Part shown: in pieces, positions 42,256 to 58,280 of the stretch | How positions within the stretch are numbered: position 1 is the stretch's first letter | Layout: each line of letters begins with the position of its first letter | Origin: Chrysomallon squamiferum | Taxonomy: Eukaryota > Animalia > Mollusca | Direction: 5' to 3' | Assembly (NCBI GenBank): GCA_012295275.1 | Contig: CM022679.1 | Location: forward strand, 1,178,001-1,242,000 | Length of the DNA stretch: 64,000 bases | Translations under genes and position numbers: made by a program | Notes under the pieces: generated by a model | Told to the model about the DNA's origin: nothing | Databases searched by the model: none | The model's input: the letters and a program-made list of their open reading frames with translations, nothing else

Positions 42256-43237
42256 ACATTAGTAAGACACACCAGTCTCCTGGTTGGTTCTGAAACAATA
42301 AGACTGATTAAAACATCAAACATTCATCACACTTTGCTGCTATTAGCGTCTCAGATTCCTGAAAATAGACCATGAAAAGAATTTCAAATCAGTTTTATTT
42401 TTAAACACATTCTGACAGTCTCATAAACTATTATTTTTTCACATTACCATTTGTGCTTTTTTCTCATCTTTGTTTCTCCATACTTGGCTGCTTTTATTAG
42501 ATTTTTTCTTTCTTTTCTTTTTTAATACTTTATTTCATTTTATTTTATTTTATATTATATTATATTATATTATTTTACTTTATTTTTTTATTTATTTATT
42601 TATTTATTGATTTATTTTTATTTATTTATTTTTATTTATTTATTTATTTATTTATATATGATTTTATTTTATTTTATTCTATTTTAATTTATTTTATTTT
42701 ATTAATTAATTAATTTTATTTATTATATATTTATTTATTTGTTTTATTTTATTTTATTAATTAATTTTATTTATTTATTTTATTTTATTTTATTTTATAA
42801 ATTAATTTGATTTTATTGATTAATTTTATTAATTTTATTTATTTATTTATTTATTTATTTTATTAATTATATTGATTGATTTATTTATTCATTTTGCTTC
42901 TGAAAGAGGCAATCAGTAATGTGTATATTGTGAAAAAAGAATATTAATTACTGTGTCTAATGTAACACAGTGATGTCACACTCCACTGTGTTAATTGTTG
43001 ATGTTTCTCGTAAATCAACACAGCTCTGCCAGTCTGAGCAGATGAAGTGTTTTTCTGGTTTCACTGGCTTCTGCTGGATGTGTGTTTATTTACAGTTGTA
43101 ATTCAGAGTGGTTTAACAAGTGTTCAGTGGCTGTGTTAGGTGTATTTTGTAAACGTGTGATGTGTTTTGAATATTGTGCTATCAGTAATTTGTTGAGTAG
43201 TTGTATCCATTTGAAATGTTTCTCTGATGAAAGTGAT

Positions 43238-43285
<48 letters not shown>

Positions 43286-43339
43286 CTGAGTATGTATGTG
43301 TGTGTAAATTTATATATATAGTGTGTGTATATGTGTATA

Positions 43340-43377
<38 letters not shown>

Positions 43378-44269
43378 TTTTATATGTATGATATGTTTTT
43401 TTAATTTCTTCTATGTGTCTACATAATAAATAAAATATGGAAATGAATGTTAAATAACCATGCAACTCAGGAATGATTTAATGTTGATTTCTTTGTCAAT
43501 ACCTCAATACATCTTGTTATTTATAGTTTCTTGGTGTCAGATATCTGTGTGTCGTTGTGTGTGTATGTGTGTATGTATATATGTGTATGTGTGCATGTAT
43601 ATATGTGTATGTGTGCATGTGTTTATTTGTACAAAGAAAGAAAATCTACGTTGTTTCAGTTATGAGGAAGAGATGATGTGACAACAGACATGTTAGCACA
43701 TACCATGATTATTAATAAACTTATGAAACTGGAAACAGACAAGAGTTTTAACACCTAGTTACACCTGTCTGAGACACAACTGATGAATGCTGGGAATCTG
43801 GTTGTCATTGGAGACAAATTAGTAGGTATCCTGCAATTTACAACTGTTTATCTCTGGAATCAATAGACAATTATCACAATTATTTATTCTTGCCTGCAGT
43901 CAAGTAACAACACACATCAAACCAGATGTAAACATCACATCTACGTCCATTCATTAGACTGCGTAAAACACTACTGTTTACCTGTTTATCTGTTTACTCA
44001 TCTAGTTTGTCACTGCAGAAACAAACTCTGATGTCACATGAGATTAAATGATATTTATGAAACGTAGTCACAAATCAGAGGCTGAAATCTGATCAAATTC
44101 TGTACTCAGATTACCAATTATTTCAAATTAATCAAAGTTTGTTTAATGACGTTTTACAATTAGTGGATGTCGTGTGACGAACATGATGGTTTGTCTGACG
44201 TGAACCACCAAAGCAACTTACTTTTAGTGATCAACAGCAAGGTTTCTTTCACATCCACCTTTCTGTTAG

Positions 44270-44322
<53 letters not shown>

Positions 44323-44831
44323 GCATGTGTGTGTGTTTGTGTGTGTGTCTGTGTGTGTGTGTCTGTGTGGGTGTGTGGGTGTGTGTGCATGAGTGTGTGT
44401 GCGTGTGCATGTGTGTGTGTCTGTGTGTGTGTGTGTGTGTATGTGATGCTGCCAGTCACTGTCATGAAAAGGGATACATCATTTTGTTTGACAAATATGA
44501 AAATTTGTGAATGTATAAAATTTCATTTCAACAGAGAGTAACATAAAATCATTGGATTCAGTTTTGATCATCCACCCCTCCCAGATCTGCAGCCTCCCAG
44601 GCCAGCACCCTCCCAGATCAGCAGCCTCCCAGATCAGCACCCTCCCAGATCAGCACCCCTTCCAGTCAGCAGGTGTGATTCCTAGTGACAGTTTAAAAGG
44701 TTGGATGTGTCACACTCAGTCTGTGTAGAACTCTTCTTTAATTTAATCTCTGTCCTCTCTGTGACGTTGTCTCCGAAACGCCGTGGCACGACCCCGCATA
44801 GCCTGCTCTGAAAGCTTTGCTTCTACTGCTG

Positions 44832-44938
44832 ATGTCGTTACAAACCTTCTCTAATGTCATTAACCAACATCATCACACTGGGGCAACGTCCAGCAACGTG
44901 AGTGCTGATGTCTTGTCAAACAGCAGAATGTGCGTGAT
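44832..44938 (+). CDS. Weak candidate alternative first coding exon (MSLQTFSNVINQHHHTGATSSNVSADVLSNSRMCV)
   Basis: Follows a CpG-richer patch; AT|gtatgt donor in phase 2 (a competing AAC|gtgagt in phase 0 also exists). Confidence 0.3.
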
Positions 44939-45184
44939 GTATGTATATGTAGATGTATCACTGATTGGCTGCATCATTGTTGTTAATTTTTGCAGTTTCT
45001 ACTCAGTTTTTCACTTGTTTTAATATAAGACAGTGTTAAATCATGTTCACAATGTAATAAGATTATTATAGAAAAAACAGAATTTCAGTTTTTGCATCTC
45101 AGACATTAAATCCTCTACCTTACAAACCATTTGTTTGAACTTTTCACCTTTTAGGAATAAACATTATTATTATTATTATTATTA

Positions 45185-45216
<32 letters not shown>

Positions 45217-46269
45217 CATTATTTGTTTCTATCTCATAAACAAATTAATGGAAACAAAAATTTTGCCATAAAATTATTTCTTGCCATATAAAATGGCATC
45301 ATTTTGATGTGTCATGACTATGAATGTACAAATGATGTTTATATGAGTTTTGCTTTTCTACGTCATGTGATGCAAATTTGTTAAGTCTAAAGATCTGGTT
45401 GAAAATCAGTTTTATAAAATGGAGCTATATCTTTATGTGACGTAAATGTGCTTCTAGAAATATGTTAAACTTATTAACTTAGCTTAGTTATAATATTTTA
45501 AACTGTTTCTCTCTATAACAGTGTGTGTTACTGAATTAATACCTCCAGTTAAATATTAGTTATTTCTTATAATATTTTATACTGTTTCTCTTTTTATCTG
45601 TGTTATTAAATTAATAATTTTTTTTTTTTTACAATATTTTATGAGTCGTTTCACTGTTTAACAATATGTTATTTATATTACTCAATTAATAATTTACACT
45701 AAATAACACAGCTATTTGTTTACAGTATTTTATCAACTGTTTAACAATATGTTATTGAATTAATAAGAATCAATGTGGGCTGTGTGTGAGTGTTCTGTTA
45801 CAGCTAATAACACCCAGCAGATGAAAACAGTTCTCCACCTACTTGCATATTGATTATAATCACCAATTAAATGCCCGTCTTAATAAACAATGCACTTATC
45901 AGTCTCACCTCTTTATCAATGAAAGGGTGAGCTTATTTCTTCTGTATCTTCATGAATGAGACAGTCGTCTTATCGCTGTCATGTCTTCATGAATGACACA
46001 TTGGTCTTATTTATAAACACACTCACATATACTCTCATACACACACAAAGACACACACACACACATACACACACACAGACACAGAGACACACACATACAG
46101 TGTATAAACTGTAAGTGGCCCTTTAAACTGATAATTCCCTTCAACCGTGTGTGACACCGATGCATGCAGTCTAAGACTTAATAACAGACTGAATGGTGAA
46201 GACAAGGACTCTGATCACACTGTCATGTTAACAGTTTAAATAGCATGGTATCACACAGCAGGCCATCAA

Positions 46270-47385
46270 TCAAACTGATATACACTGTGAATTAAACTGA
46301 TATACACTGTGAATTAAACTGATATACACTGTGAATTAAACTGATATGCCACTGTGAATTAAACTGATATGCCACTGTGAATTAAACTGATATGCCACTG
46401 TGAATTAAACTGATATGGATTGAAAAACTGATATGCCACTGTGGATTAAACTGATATGCCACTGTGGATTAAACTGATATGCCACTGTGAATTAAACTGA
46501 TATGCCACTGTGGATTAAACTGATATGCCACTGTGAATTAAACTGATATACACTGTGAATTAAACTTAAATGACTGCAATTAGTAAAACTCCTATACTGC
46601 TATGAATCAAACTGTTGTGAACTGTACTGATATGCTGTTGTGAACTGTACTGATACACTGCTGTGAACTGTACTGATATACTACTGTGAACTATATTGAT
46701 ATACTTTGTGAACTTACTGATCTGCTTTGGGAACTTACTGGTATACTGTGGTAAACTGTACTGATACACTATTGTGAACTGTACTGATATACTACTGTGA
46801 ACTGTACTGATATGCTTTTTGAACTTACTGATGTTTTGGGAACTTACTTGTATACTGTGGTAAACTGTACCGATACACAGTTGTGAACTGTACTGATACT
46901 GTTGTGAACTGTACTGATACTGTTGTGAACTGTACTGATATACTGTTGTGAACTGTACTGATACATGGTTGTGAACTGTACTGATACACGGTTGTGAACT
47001 GTACTGTGAACTGTTGTGAACTGTACTGATACACTGTTGTGAACTGTACTGATACACTGCTGTGAATTGTACTGATACATTACTGTGAACTGTACTGATA
47101 CATTACTGTGAACTGTACTGATACACGGTTGTGAACTGTACTGATACATTACTGTGAACTGTACTGATACACTGCTGTGAATTGTACTGATATACTACTG
47201 TGAACTGTACTGATACACTGTTGTGAACTGTACTGATACACTGTTGTGAACTGTACTGATACACTGTTGTGAACTGTACTGATACAGTTGTGAACTGTAC
47301 TGATACACTGTTGTGAACTGTACTGATACAGTTGTGAACTGTACTGAAACACTGTGAACTGTACTGAAACACTGTGAACTGTTGT
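46270..47385. repeat. Two adjacent related 22-23-bp minisatellites
   Basis: aaactgatatgccactgtgaatt (46270-46565) and tgtgaactgtactgatacactgt (46610-47385). Confidence 0.93.
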
Positions 47386-47819
47386 GATTGAAGCCAGCGT
47401 GAACTGATTTCTGTGTGAGTCTGACTGGCTGGGATAAAATCAATATCTGCTCGTAACGACGGAGCCAAACGTTTTGTCAACACTGATTTCTGTAAGAACT
47501 TTCTCCGTGGCTCCGTTGAGCTGTGCAGTGTGGTATTTTCTGTGATATCTTCACCAAAACTGGCTTTACCATTCTCAGTTCTCATCTCTGCTTGTTACTT
47601 CCTGACACCTCTCATTCTGACAGTAGATCTCGCGATGACTTGAAATGGTGGCTTTATGAAACGGTTTCTCGTGAAGGATATTTTGTTTTTAATTTCCAAA
47701 AGTTGTAAAATAATTTTTAATTTGTCTGCTGAGTGTGTCTGAGGACATTTGTTATTATTTGTTTTTCTAAATTTGTGTATCGATACACTAACTAGAGAGA
47801 TACGGCTGTATCAGTGAAA

Positions 47820-47944
47820 ATGAGTCTGTTGTGGCAAAGGTTGTATCAGAAATGGAAGGCGGGGCAGTGTGAGGTGGCAAGGAAAAAAGCCGAAATTACA
47901 GCCACGAGTTTGTTCATCAAACTGAACAAGAAGAAGAAGAAACT
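47820..47944 (+). CDS. Candidate alternative first coding exon (MSLLWQRLYQKWKAGQCEVARKKAEITATSLFIKLNKKKKK)
   Basis: aaaATG context, open frame, CT|gtaagt donor in phase 2, preceded by a CpG-richer leader 47390-47820. Confidence 0.65.
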
Positions 47945-48959
47945 GTAAGTGTTTTTGTGTTGCAGATAAAACTGTTTATTTCATGAAAAATACATTTCAG
48001 TATTTTGGTTCAAATGAACAGAAACCAGTTGTAATTTTATAAATGTCATTAAAACATAAATTTTAGTATTACATTTTAAATAAAATAAAATCAATTTTAA
48101 TTTTACAAATATCATTAAAAATAATAATAATAATAAATAGTATAATGTTTTAAATAGCTTCATTTTGGAATAGGCAGAAGATACATTTTTTTACATTTTA
48201 AATAATAGAAAATATATTTTAGATTCTTCTTTTAGAAAAAAAAAAAAGAAATTTTTAATTTTATATTAAGAAACTAATAGATATCAAACTATAGTTTAAT
48301 TTTTTTATATATATAAAATGGAAGTATTTTGATTTTGTTGTATTTTAATAAAATAGAATAAAAAAAAAATATACTTATATTTTTAAATTATGAAACAAAA
48401 CCACAAAAAAACCTACACAATTTGGCTATCTCATAATTATTGTTATCTTTTACATATATTTTAGAAAACACTTTTTTATATAAAATGCATGTTTTGTTAG
48501 ATTATAGTTCATATATTCCTGTTAATTAGTTGTCTTTCTTACACACATTTTTATCATGTATTCTTATTATGTGTATTTTTATCATGTGTATTTTTATCAT
48601 GTGTATTTTTTTTATTGTGATAAGCTGAGAGCAACAGAGTGCAAAATATTTCAAGTGAAAATCGAACACAGAAAATATTTTAATGTTTTGTAAATGGAAA
48701 TTCTATGTACTGGTAAATAAAATAATTGAAATCTTAATAAGAAAAAAAAAAATTTTTTTACATAGAATGCAGTGCAAAATAAATAAATAAATAAATACAA
48801 ACATGAATAACCATTTATTATCCAAAGTGACTATAATCTTACCACATACTCTGATAAAATAACATCTTTATTTCTTACACAAAATATTAAAATTAAAATT
48901 TATATTAAAACTTTGTTCATTGGTTGTGTAATTTATTTTAATTTAAAGACAGCAAATTA

Positions 48960-49004
<45 letters not shown>

Positions 49005-50501
49005 CATTGTTTAATTAAAAAATTCATGTTAAAAATGAAGTTTGTATGTGTATTGTTTTTATTTTTCCACAGATTTTACATTTAAAGCACAATAAATTTC
49101 TAAAACATATTTTAAATCATCACTGTCACTGTTAACTATTTTTATTTAAATTAATTTATTTAAATACACTTCAAAAATGCATTACATACAAAATATATGT
49201 AAAATTATTTAAAATACAACATAAATTCAAATACTCTAACATTAACTAAATACATTTCATCATTTCATTTTTTGTTTAAATATGGCCTCAAAATTCATTT
49301 ATCACTAAGAGAAATATTTTTGAAATTTAATTTTTCACTGAATAAAATACATTTTTTAAATATATCATTTAAATTCATTTTCAGAAAATACAGTATATTT
49401 TTAAAATTTACTGTTTATTTAAATACAAAACCTTCCACCTTTATTATTCATTCACCTAAATAAATAACACACACCCCCCAAATCCAAACTGGATCTCTCC
49501 ATGAAACAAAATCAGTAAAATCTAACATTCAGTTTAGTTACCTGAAAAGTCACTTGTACATTATTAATAATAAAATTTCCATTAGATTAATTTTATGGTT
49601 AAACCTTTTATGTTCTGTAAATATCATAATAAAAATATATGATGTGTGGTGTGTTTGACTCTTTGTGTGAGTGTGTATGTGTGAATGAATGAGTGTGTTT
49701 GAATAGGTCTGTATGTGAGAGTATGTGTTAGTTTGTGTGTTTATGTATATACATATGTATGAATGTATGTGTATGTATGTATGTATGTATGTATGTATGT
49801 ATGTATTTATATATGTACATGTGTATGTATTTATGTATGTATGTATGTATGTATTTATGCATGTATGTATGTATGTGTATATGTATGTATGTATGTGTGT
49901 GTGTGTATATGTATGTATGTGTGTGTATGTGTGTGTGTATGATGTATGTATGTATGTATTATGTGTGTGTTTGTGTGTGTTTGTTTGTCTTATAACTGTA
50001 TCCTGTAATATTAAACAGAGTAAATAACATATAAAAAATTGATTTATGCTAGGATGAAAGATTTGTTTTTAATGTGTATGCATTATTATAATGTTGTTTT
50101 TCTACTTCGTTGTTATTTTCTCAACCAGCACAACAGAAATGAAACACAATTCTAGATTCCGTCACACCTTAATCCTTTCTGCATGTAAGATAAACAGTAG
50201 TTGATAACCAGTCAAAGATGAGCTCACTGCATTGATTAATCAGTTTACCTTTCCACAGCGACAACAAAGTGTTTTCCCTGTCAGAAAGCCCATTGTCTGC
50301 ACTCACAATGAAATAAATGTGTTTTACAACTCCACTGTTTAAAACAGAGCGTGTGAGCTTTCTCATACAATGAAATAAAAACATGCATGTAACAATTGTC
50401 ACATATCAGAACCATAATCTCTAAACTCAGTTAAACAAGTGAATTGTTTTTTTGTTATTGTGTGCAGTTCTTTTTTCTGTGGATGTTTTTGATGAGTTTG
50501 A

Positions 50502-50551
<50 letters not shown>

Positions 50552-50552
50552 A

Positions 50553-50586
<34 letters not shown>

Positions 50587-52304
50587 AGTATGTATGCATA
50601 TCTGTGTATATGTGAATGAATGTGTACATATCTAAGTATTTATATATGTATGTTTGTGTGTAAGTACATATGTATATATGTATGTATGTATGTATGTATC
50701 TATTTATCTGTCTGTGTTTGTAGATGTACAGTGTTACATATATGAATGTTTATGTGATTATGTCTTTATATGTCTGTGTATGTATGTTATAGATGTGTGT
50801 ACACCCACACACAGACTATTGATCAGATTAAAATATTCAATCACAGATTAGGTATTGATCTGCAGCTGAGATAAAGAGCTTAGTTTAATCTTTCACTCAG
50901 ACATCTTTCTCTCATCAACACAAATCTTTCATGTCCTCAGAAAACTACACTTCTCTTAGATTACACATCTGTTAAAACGTTTTTCTTTCCTTCTTTATTT
51001 TTTTCTAGATTTTGAAATGTTTTCACTTTTTTCTTGTCTCAAATTTATCTTCTGTAGTTATTTCTGTACTGCCCTTTCAGCTATTTCTGATTAAAGAAGG
51101 ACTGTATGTTACTGTTTTAAAAATGAGTAGGTTCTAGTTACTGTTTATGAGTAGTTTCAAATTAAAACTCCCTTACTGCTAAGTAATAACATAACTCATA
51201 GTGATTGTGACAGTAGGTTTGCTCTGTTTTTATTACATCATGGTGATATTTGTTGTAAAAACTCATAGTGACATTTGTTTGAAATAACTCAGGTAACAAT
51301 GACATATATTTTAATTAATGTACTGTGACACAGAGTGACAACAATTTTACTGCCACTGTTTTAAAGAAGTAACATTGAAAAAACTGTGCATGATTTTCTG
51401 TTAGTTTTAGTTACTAAACATGTGTTGTTTGGTTTGTTTATTTATGTTTTTTTTTTGGTTTTTCCATCTTTTTTAATGTGGTATAAAATTTTTGATTTTA
51501 TATATAATTACAGTCCTTTAGTTAACCTGAAAATGGAAGGAAAATTGTGATAAATTTAAATACATTAAAATTTAAAATACATTGTCTTTAAACACATCAC
51601 AGTTAAAACAACAACATCAGCAATAACAAGAGCAGCAATATACAGATATATATATAGATATATATATATCTGTGTGTGCAAATATTTAAGATTTATAGAT
51701 GATTTCAGAGTTCATCATTTTTTTTCCTATTTTAGAAATCACTGACATTCTGATTATACTTCACTGTGACTGCTTTATCTAAAACCCATGGTTTGTGTTG
51801 TCCTGTCAAATAAAAGATTATTTGCTGTTAGTTAACAAGAGTAACTCCTGTGATATCAGCAGCAGATTTCATATTGAAATAAGTGCAGTCCTAACAAGCT
51901 AATGAAAATGTGATAAGGGAATATTAATCTCTTCACAGCTACTTCTGAGAAGCAGACACTTTAAACAATGGTAGAAGTAGGTGATACACAGGTATTGTAC
52001 AGGTGCAATAAAAATAGGATATTGCATGATTCTGATATAACCCAAGTCATCACTGTAAGTAGAGGAAAGGTCAAAACCAAGTCTACCATTACTAAACTAG
52101 CATTATTACATAATAAAACAAATACAGTTTAAAATTTTATTACCTGAAGAAGACTTGCAATGTGGGCTATTTTTTAGAACTGTCTGGAAATCTGATTATC
52201 TGTTAATGTCCCACGCATTTGTCAGCAAATCACAACTTTGTAATTTAGAATCAGAAAAAAAATAAAATAAATACTTTCAACATTCACATGACAAACCCTG
52301 AGTC

Positions 52305-52520
52305 ACTGTTTCTTTGTTTCCATGGTTACCAGAACAATCATGCTGATTTGTTTAACATTCCAGTCATGTTTAATGTTTATTTTTTACATTAACCAATCAC
52401 TGACACTTGTTTAAAACTGTCTTTGTTTCCATGGTTACCAGAATAGTCTTGCTGATTTGTTTATCAAGCCGGTCATGTTTAATGTGTATTTGCACATTAA
52501 CCAATCATTGACACCTGATT
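52305..52520. repeat. Tandem ~110-bp duplication carrying RFX-like and CCAAT motifs
   Basis: ctttgtttccatggttaccagaa...acattaaccaatca twice. Confidence 0.8.
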
Positions 52521-54069
52521 GTTTGAAATCACTTTTAATTTTACCTGCGTTTCTAGTCCCTGCTGTTAAATGTCAGGTCATTAATCTCATCTTATTACCT
52601 GTGATTAACCTCAAATCTGACAAAACCAGTTCACAATGGCCAGATTGTCTGCAGTTGTAACATTTAATGTGAGTTGTACATCTACGTTAGATAAACACTT
52701 CAGCACACAGTGAGTCCTGGCTCAGAGCTGATCATTGGCTTAACGAGTTTATGACATTCTAACCAGTGTCTCCTCAGTTACAACATACATCAAAGTTTTG
52801 GTATGTTGCTGTGATGTCTGTAAGGAAATTTTAATTAATGGTAAATTGTAATACTTTTTTTTTTATGTTAGAATTATCAGATATAAATATATGGTAGGTG
52901 AAACGTGAAAGTTAATTAGTGGGTGATGTCGTTACATTAAAATAAAGTTTTGAATTGCATAGCAAGTTACTTTTTATGTTGTACATATTCTTATAGCAAT
53001 ATTATACAAAAAAAAAAAAAAAAAAAAAAAATTACAAAGAAACTAAACCAAAGAGAAGAAAGGGGGAAAAATTAAAATTAAAATAGTTATAAACAAAAAT
53101 AAATGAAAATAAGATAAAGAAAAGAAAGAAGAGAAAAAAAGAAAGAAAGAAAAATGAAAGGAAAGAAGGAAGGAAAGTGAGAAAAACGTGAGGAAATAGA
53201 GAAGAAGAAGAAAAGAAAGAAAAGAAAAAGGGAAAAAAACACAAGGAAAGAAGAAGCTTTAAAGAAGGAGAGAATGAACAATAGAAAAAAGAAAACCCCC
53301 AGAAAGGATGAATGAATGGATGAATGAATGAATGGATGAATGAATGAATGAATGAATGAGCGAATAAGAAAATGACAGAATTAAAGAGTGAGTCAATTAA
53401 AGGATAAAAAAACCCACTACAGAATAACAAAAATAATTGAAAAGAAAACTGAATAATTTCAAGGAACAAGTACTAAAACATAATAAATAAAGCAAAGGAA
53501 AGATTAAGAGGTAAAAAGCAACACACTCATTGAGCATGACAGGAAGACATTGTTTACACATTACACACTCTGCACTCATCTCCCGGAATTTTCCATAATT
53601 AACAACCAGTAAACAGACCTCCCTAGTTACGGCACTACGGGCCTTAGTAACGCCGCCATCGGCCACCTCTCCATAGCCTCTCTTCACCCTAGCAAAGACC
53701 ACAGCGCTGGGAACAACACCGTGCAATCAATACTGAGGTACCCCCAGGCACTCTGTGGTATTTTTGGATATTAGACTGTGGAAGTGGGGATATTAAGACA
53801 ACATTAGTAAATGTAGTGCTATTTAAAGAGTCTTGTTCATGATTTTCCTATATGTCTTGTGAAATGTTTATCTCTTTCCTTCATTTTCTTGTACTAATAT
53901 TCTCACTTCATTATGCTCCAAGTTTTAGCACTGGTAAAGTGGCAGAAAAGAAAATTTGTATAAAAAAAATAAGAATATAAAATTATTCAGTTGGTAATGA
54001 TTTTATAAAACTGTTTAAAATTTCAGAATCTTTGAAAAGTTTTTTTAATTATTACTTTCTATTATTATT

Positions 54070-54104
<35 letters not shown>

Positions 54105-55164
54105 TTTGTTAATAATGAGAATATAATATTCATGCATTTTTTTCTGTTTCAGTACTGTATTTATAATTTCTTATTTTTGTATTTATGTATACTCAACAAT
54201 TTTATATTTCTTTAAAACAAAGTTCATTCATTTTTTGTATTTGAAACAAGTTTTAATACAACCTTTTTTATTTCATCTTGTTTTATATTATTTACTGATT
54301 TTTGTTTATTTACTTATTTATTTTAATTAGTTTTATCTTTTTTCTTTTGAGGAACTGTTTTTGACATTTTTAAAAATGCTTAATTACATTTTATTTTTTA
54401 TTTATTTATTATCATTACATTATCATCATCACATCATCACGATTATTATTATTACTTTTATATATATATATATTTTTTTTTTAATAATTTTTTTATCCTG
54501 GTATAATTTTGAACTCATACCTCTGTTTGTTTGTCATCTCTTCTAATATTGTGTTATTTTAATAAATCTTGTTTATCATCTTGATTGATCTGTGCTACAA
54601 GTGAAGATAAAAATGGATTTCTTCTGGGACTATAGATACAAAAATAATTTCTGTATGCAATTTAGCTTACAAAAATAGTTTCATCTGATAATATAATATC
54701 AAAAATAGTTTCTTCTGGGAGTAAAAATAATAATTTGTAAAATGAGCGTGTGTTCGTATTTGATCTGGGATTCGAGGATCAGGTGTACTCAAGGTTACTT
54801 CATCATGTTTTCTATTTCTAGGTGTGTGCTTTCTTTGTTGTAGAAATATTTGAAGGAAAAGACAATCTGTTGACACATCTACTCTGTTTTGCCTTTCTGA
54901 TTTCATTCTTCCTCCTTATTTCACGTTCCGACCACTACTGATCACAACAGTTGTTATTACTCTTCTCTCTGTCTCTTATTTATCTCTGTCCTTCTGTTAT
55001 CTCTATCTCCCCATCTCTTTCTCACTTTTTCTTTTATATTTATCTTTCTTTGTATGTTTATCACTTTCTCTCTATCTCTCTCTTATCTATCTCTGTTTCT
55101 ATTATCTCTCACTGTCTGTATACTGTTCATTCTCTCTCTCCCTAGTTCTTATCTTATCTGTTTA

Positions 55165-55449
<285 letters not shown>

Positions 55450-55899
55450 GTTACAAACTGCTCAGTTTCAGACAAGTAAACTCAAGTCGGTGTTTAACAA
55501 ACATTTATTCCATTGACCACGTTTGTCTTTGAGGTGATTTTTGCCAAAATGATTGGGATTGATTCCGACTCTGTCTTGTCTTTCAAGTGCAACTCGCCGA
55601 TCTGTGAATCCTGCTGATACACAAGACGCTCGCAAATCTTCTCTTGTAGCTTACTGCTGTCTGACATTATCCCCACCATGGACAGGCAGACCGGTCTCAG
55701 CACTGACAGATCGAACGAGGCAATTTTCTTCTGGTACAAAGAGAACTCATTTTCCACTTGAAGTGAAGGGGCAGGGTCTGTGTTATTTGTCTGAAATCAC
55801 TGACGAGTTTATCCTCTCAGTGAGAGCAGATTTCTCAGTTTTCTTTCTTCATTCAGCAAAGTCGTCTCTGCCTGATTGAACCATAATTTCTGAATATCA

Positions 55900-56250
55900 G
55901 ATTAAAACACATTATACTAAGATTAAAACACATTTTACTAAGATTAAAACACATTTTACTAAGATTAAAACATTTTACTAAGACTAAACACATTTTACTA
56001 AGGTTAAAATAAATTTTACTAAGATTAAAACATTTCACTAAGGTTAAAACACATTTTACTAAGATTAAAGACATTTTTACTCAGGTTAAAACACATTTTA
56101 CTAAGATTAAAATATATTATAATAAGATTAAACACATTATACTATGATTAAATACATTATTCTATATCAATTAAACCACGTTTTATAAATATTAAATATA
56201 TTTTTCTGTATCAGATTAAACACATTTTTCTATCTCAGATTAAACACATT
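55900..56250. repeat. ~21-bp minisatellite
   Basis: aagattaaaacacattttact units. Confidence 0.9.
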
Positions 56251-56749
56251 AATACTGTTTTATTTCATAATGATAAATGTTGGTATCCTGTGGTGATAAA
56301 TTTTAATTACCTTTTGTTACTATTATTTTCTCTTCTTTACTTAGATTTGATATGTGTTCATATGTTTGTTTGTATGTATCTATGTATGTGTGTATGTTCT
56401 ATATATTTATATATGTGTATGTATGTATGTAAAAGAAATGTGTTTGTGTGACAAAAGAATACATGTATATATGCTATTAACAATATTTACATAGGTCTTG
56501 TACCAAACCAAAAACAAAGAAAAAAGTAGAAAAATTGCTATGTAATGATTCTGATCTTTTTTCTTGCTATTGACAGTAAGTAATGTTTTACTCAGTAAAT
56601 CGGTCCTGTCTGTATGTCTGTGTGTACATCCATTTTTATGTAATTATTAAAACTTGTGAGTGAAAACAAAGTGGTGACTGTGAAACTGTGATCAGGAGAA
56701 AATGTTTTAGTGATGTTGTTACAGGCTTCCTTTGTTCCCATAATAACAA

Positions 56750-57730
56750 ACACACAGACACACATACAGACACAGAAATACACAGACACACACACACACA
56801 GACACACAACACATACAGACACAGAAATACACAGACACACACACACACAGACACACAACACATACAGACACAGAAATACACAGACACACAACACATACAG
56901 ACACAGAAATACACAGAGACACACACACACAGACACACATACAGACACAGAAATACACAGACACACACACACACACACACAGACACACAACACATACAGA
57001 CACAGAAATACACAGACACACACAGACACACAACACATACAGACACAGAAATACACAGACACACACACACAGACACACACACAAATACAGACACACAACA
57101 CATACAGACACAGAAATACACAGACACACACACAGACACACAACACATACAGACACAGAAATACACAGACACACACACAGACACACAACACATACAGACA
57201 CAGAAATACACAGACACACACACACACACACAGACACACATACAGACACAGAAATACACAGACACACACACACACAGACACACAACACATACAGACACAG
57301 AAATACACAGACACACACACAGACACACAACACATACAGACACAGAAATACACAGACACACACACACACAGACACACATACAGACACAGAAATACACAGA
57401 CACACACACAGACACACAACACATACAGACACAGAAATACACAGACACACACAGACACACACACAGACACACAACACATACAGACACAGAAATACACAGA
57501 CACACACACAGACACACAACACATACAGACACAGAAATACACAGACACACACACACAGACACACATACAGACACAGAAATACACAGACACACACACACAC
57601 AGACACACACACACAGACACACAACACATAGACACACACACAGACACACAACACATACAGACACAGAAATACACAGACACACACACACAGACACACATAC
57701 ACAAATACAGACACACACACACACACACGC
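56750..57730. repeat. (CA)-derived compound minisatellite
   Basis: acacaacacatacagacacagaaatacacagac + variable (CA)n. Confidence 0.95.
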
Positions 57731-58161
57731 AGATGTATATACAATCAGTGACTCACTCACACACACGTCATCCAAGTTCACGATGCACACATTTACCCCT
57801 GACCTTAAAGTTAATCTGCAGCAGAAGTCACAGATTAAACACACATGTAATATTTATCATTTAGACTGCCTTTTCAGCCTTGTTAGCATTTCTTTTATCT
57901 CATGCATAATGACATGCTAGAAACAATGTGATAATGACAGACAGAAAAATCTTCAGTTTCTGAAACTCTGACGTACAATTATGACTCAATTACTAAAGAG
58001 TTCTGACAAACCGACGGAGTTCTGTCCCTGTAAGGGATTGTCTTTGCGCGCCGTTTCGTAGGCGTGTGTTGAAATTTTGATAATAGGGGATTGTGGGCAA
58101 ACACAGTGTTTGTGTGAAATTACAAAAGGAAAAGGAAAAGAGAAAAAAGCAAACATCAATA

Positions 58162-58280
58162 ATGCATTGTCCGCAATTTACTATTTTCAGTTGGTCAATA
58201 AAAGAAGACAAATATAGATATTGGAAATTTGATTACGTTTGCGATAGAAAGAAAACTAATGATATACTGGTTAGTTATCT
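58162..58280 (+). CDS. Candidate alternative first coding exon (MHCPQFTIFSWSIKEDKYRYWKFDYVCDRKKTNDILVSY)
   Basis: CpG-richer leader ~58010-58070, ATG-open frame, CT|gtgagt donor in phase 2. Confidence 0.55.

Noticed and set aside
46566-47585. QYSSQ/ISTVH repeat ORFs
   Set aside because: Frame-cycling translation of a 23-bp satellite.
56592-57920. Long 340-410 aa ORFs on both strands
   Set aside because: Translations of a (CA)-derived minisatellite; open in most frames; no protein-like composition.
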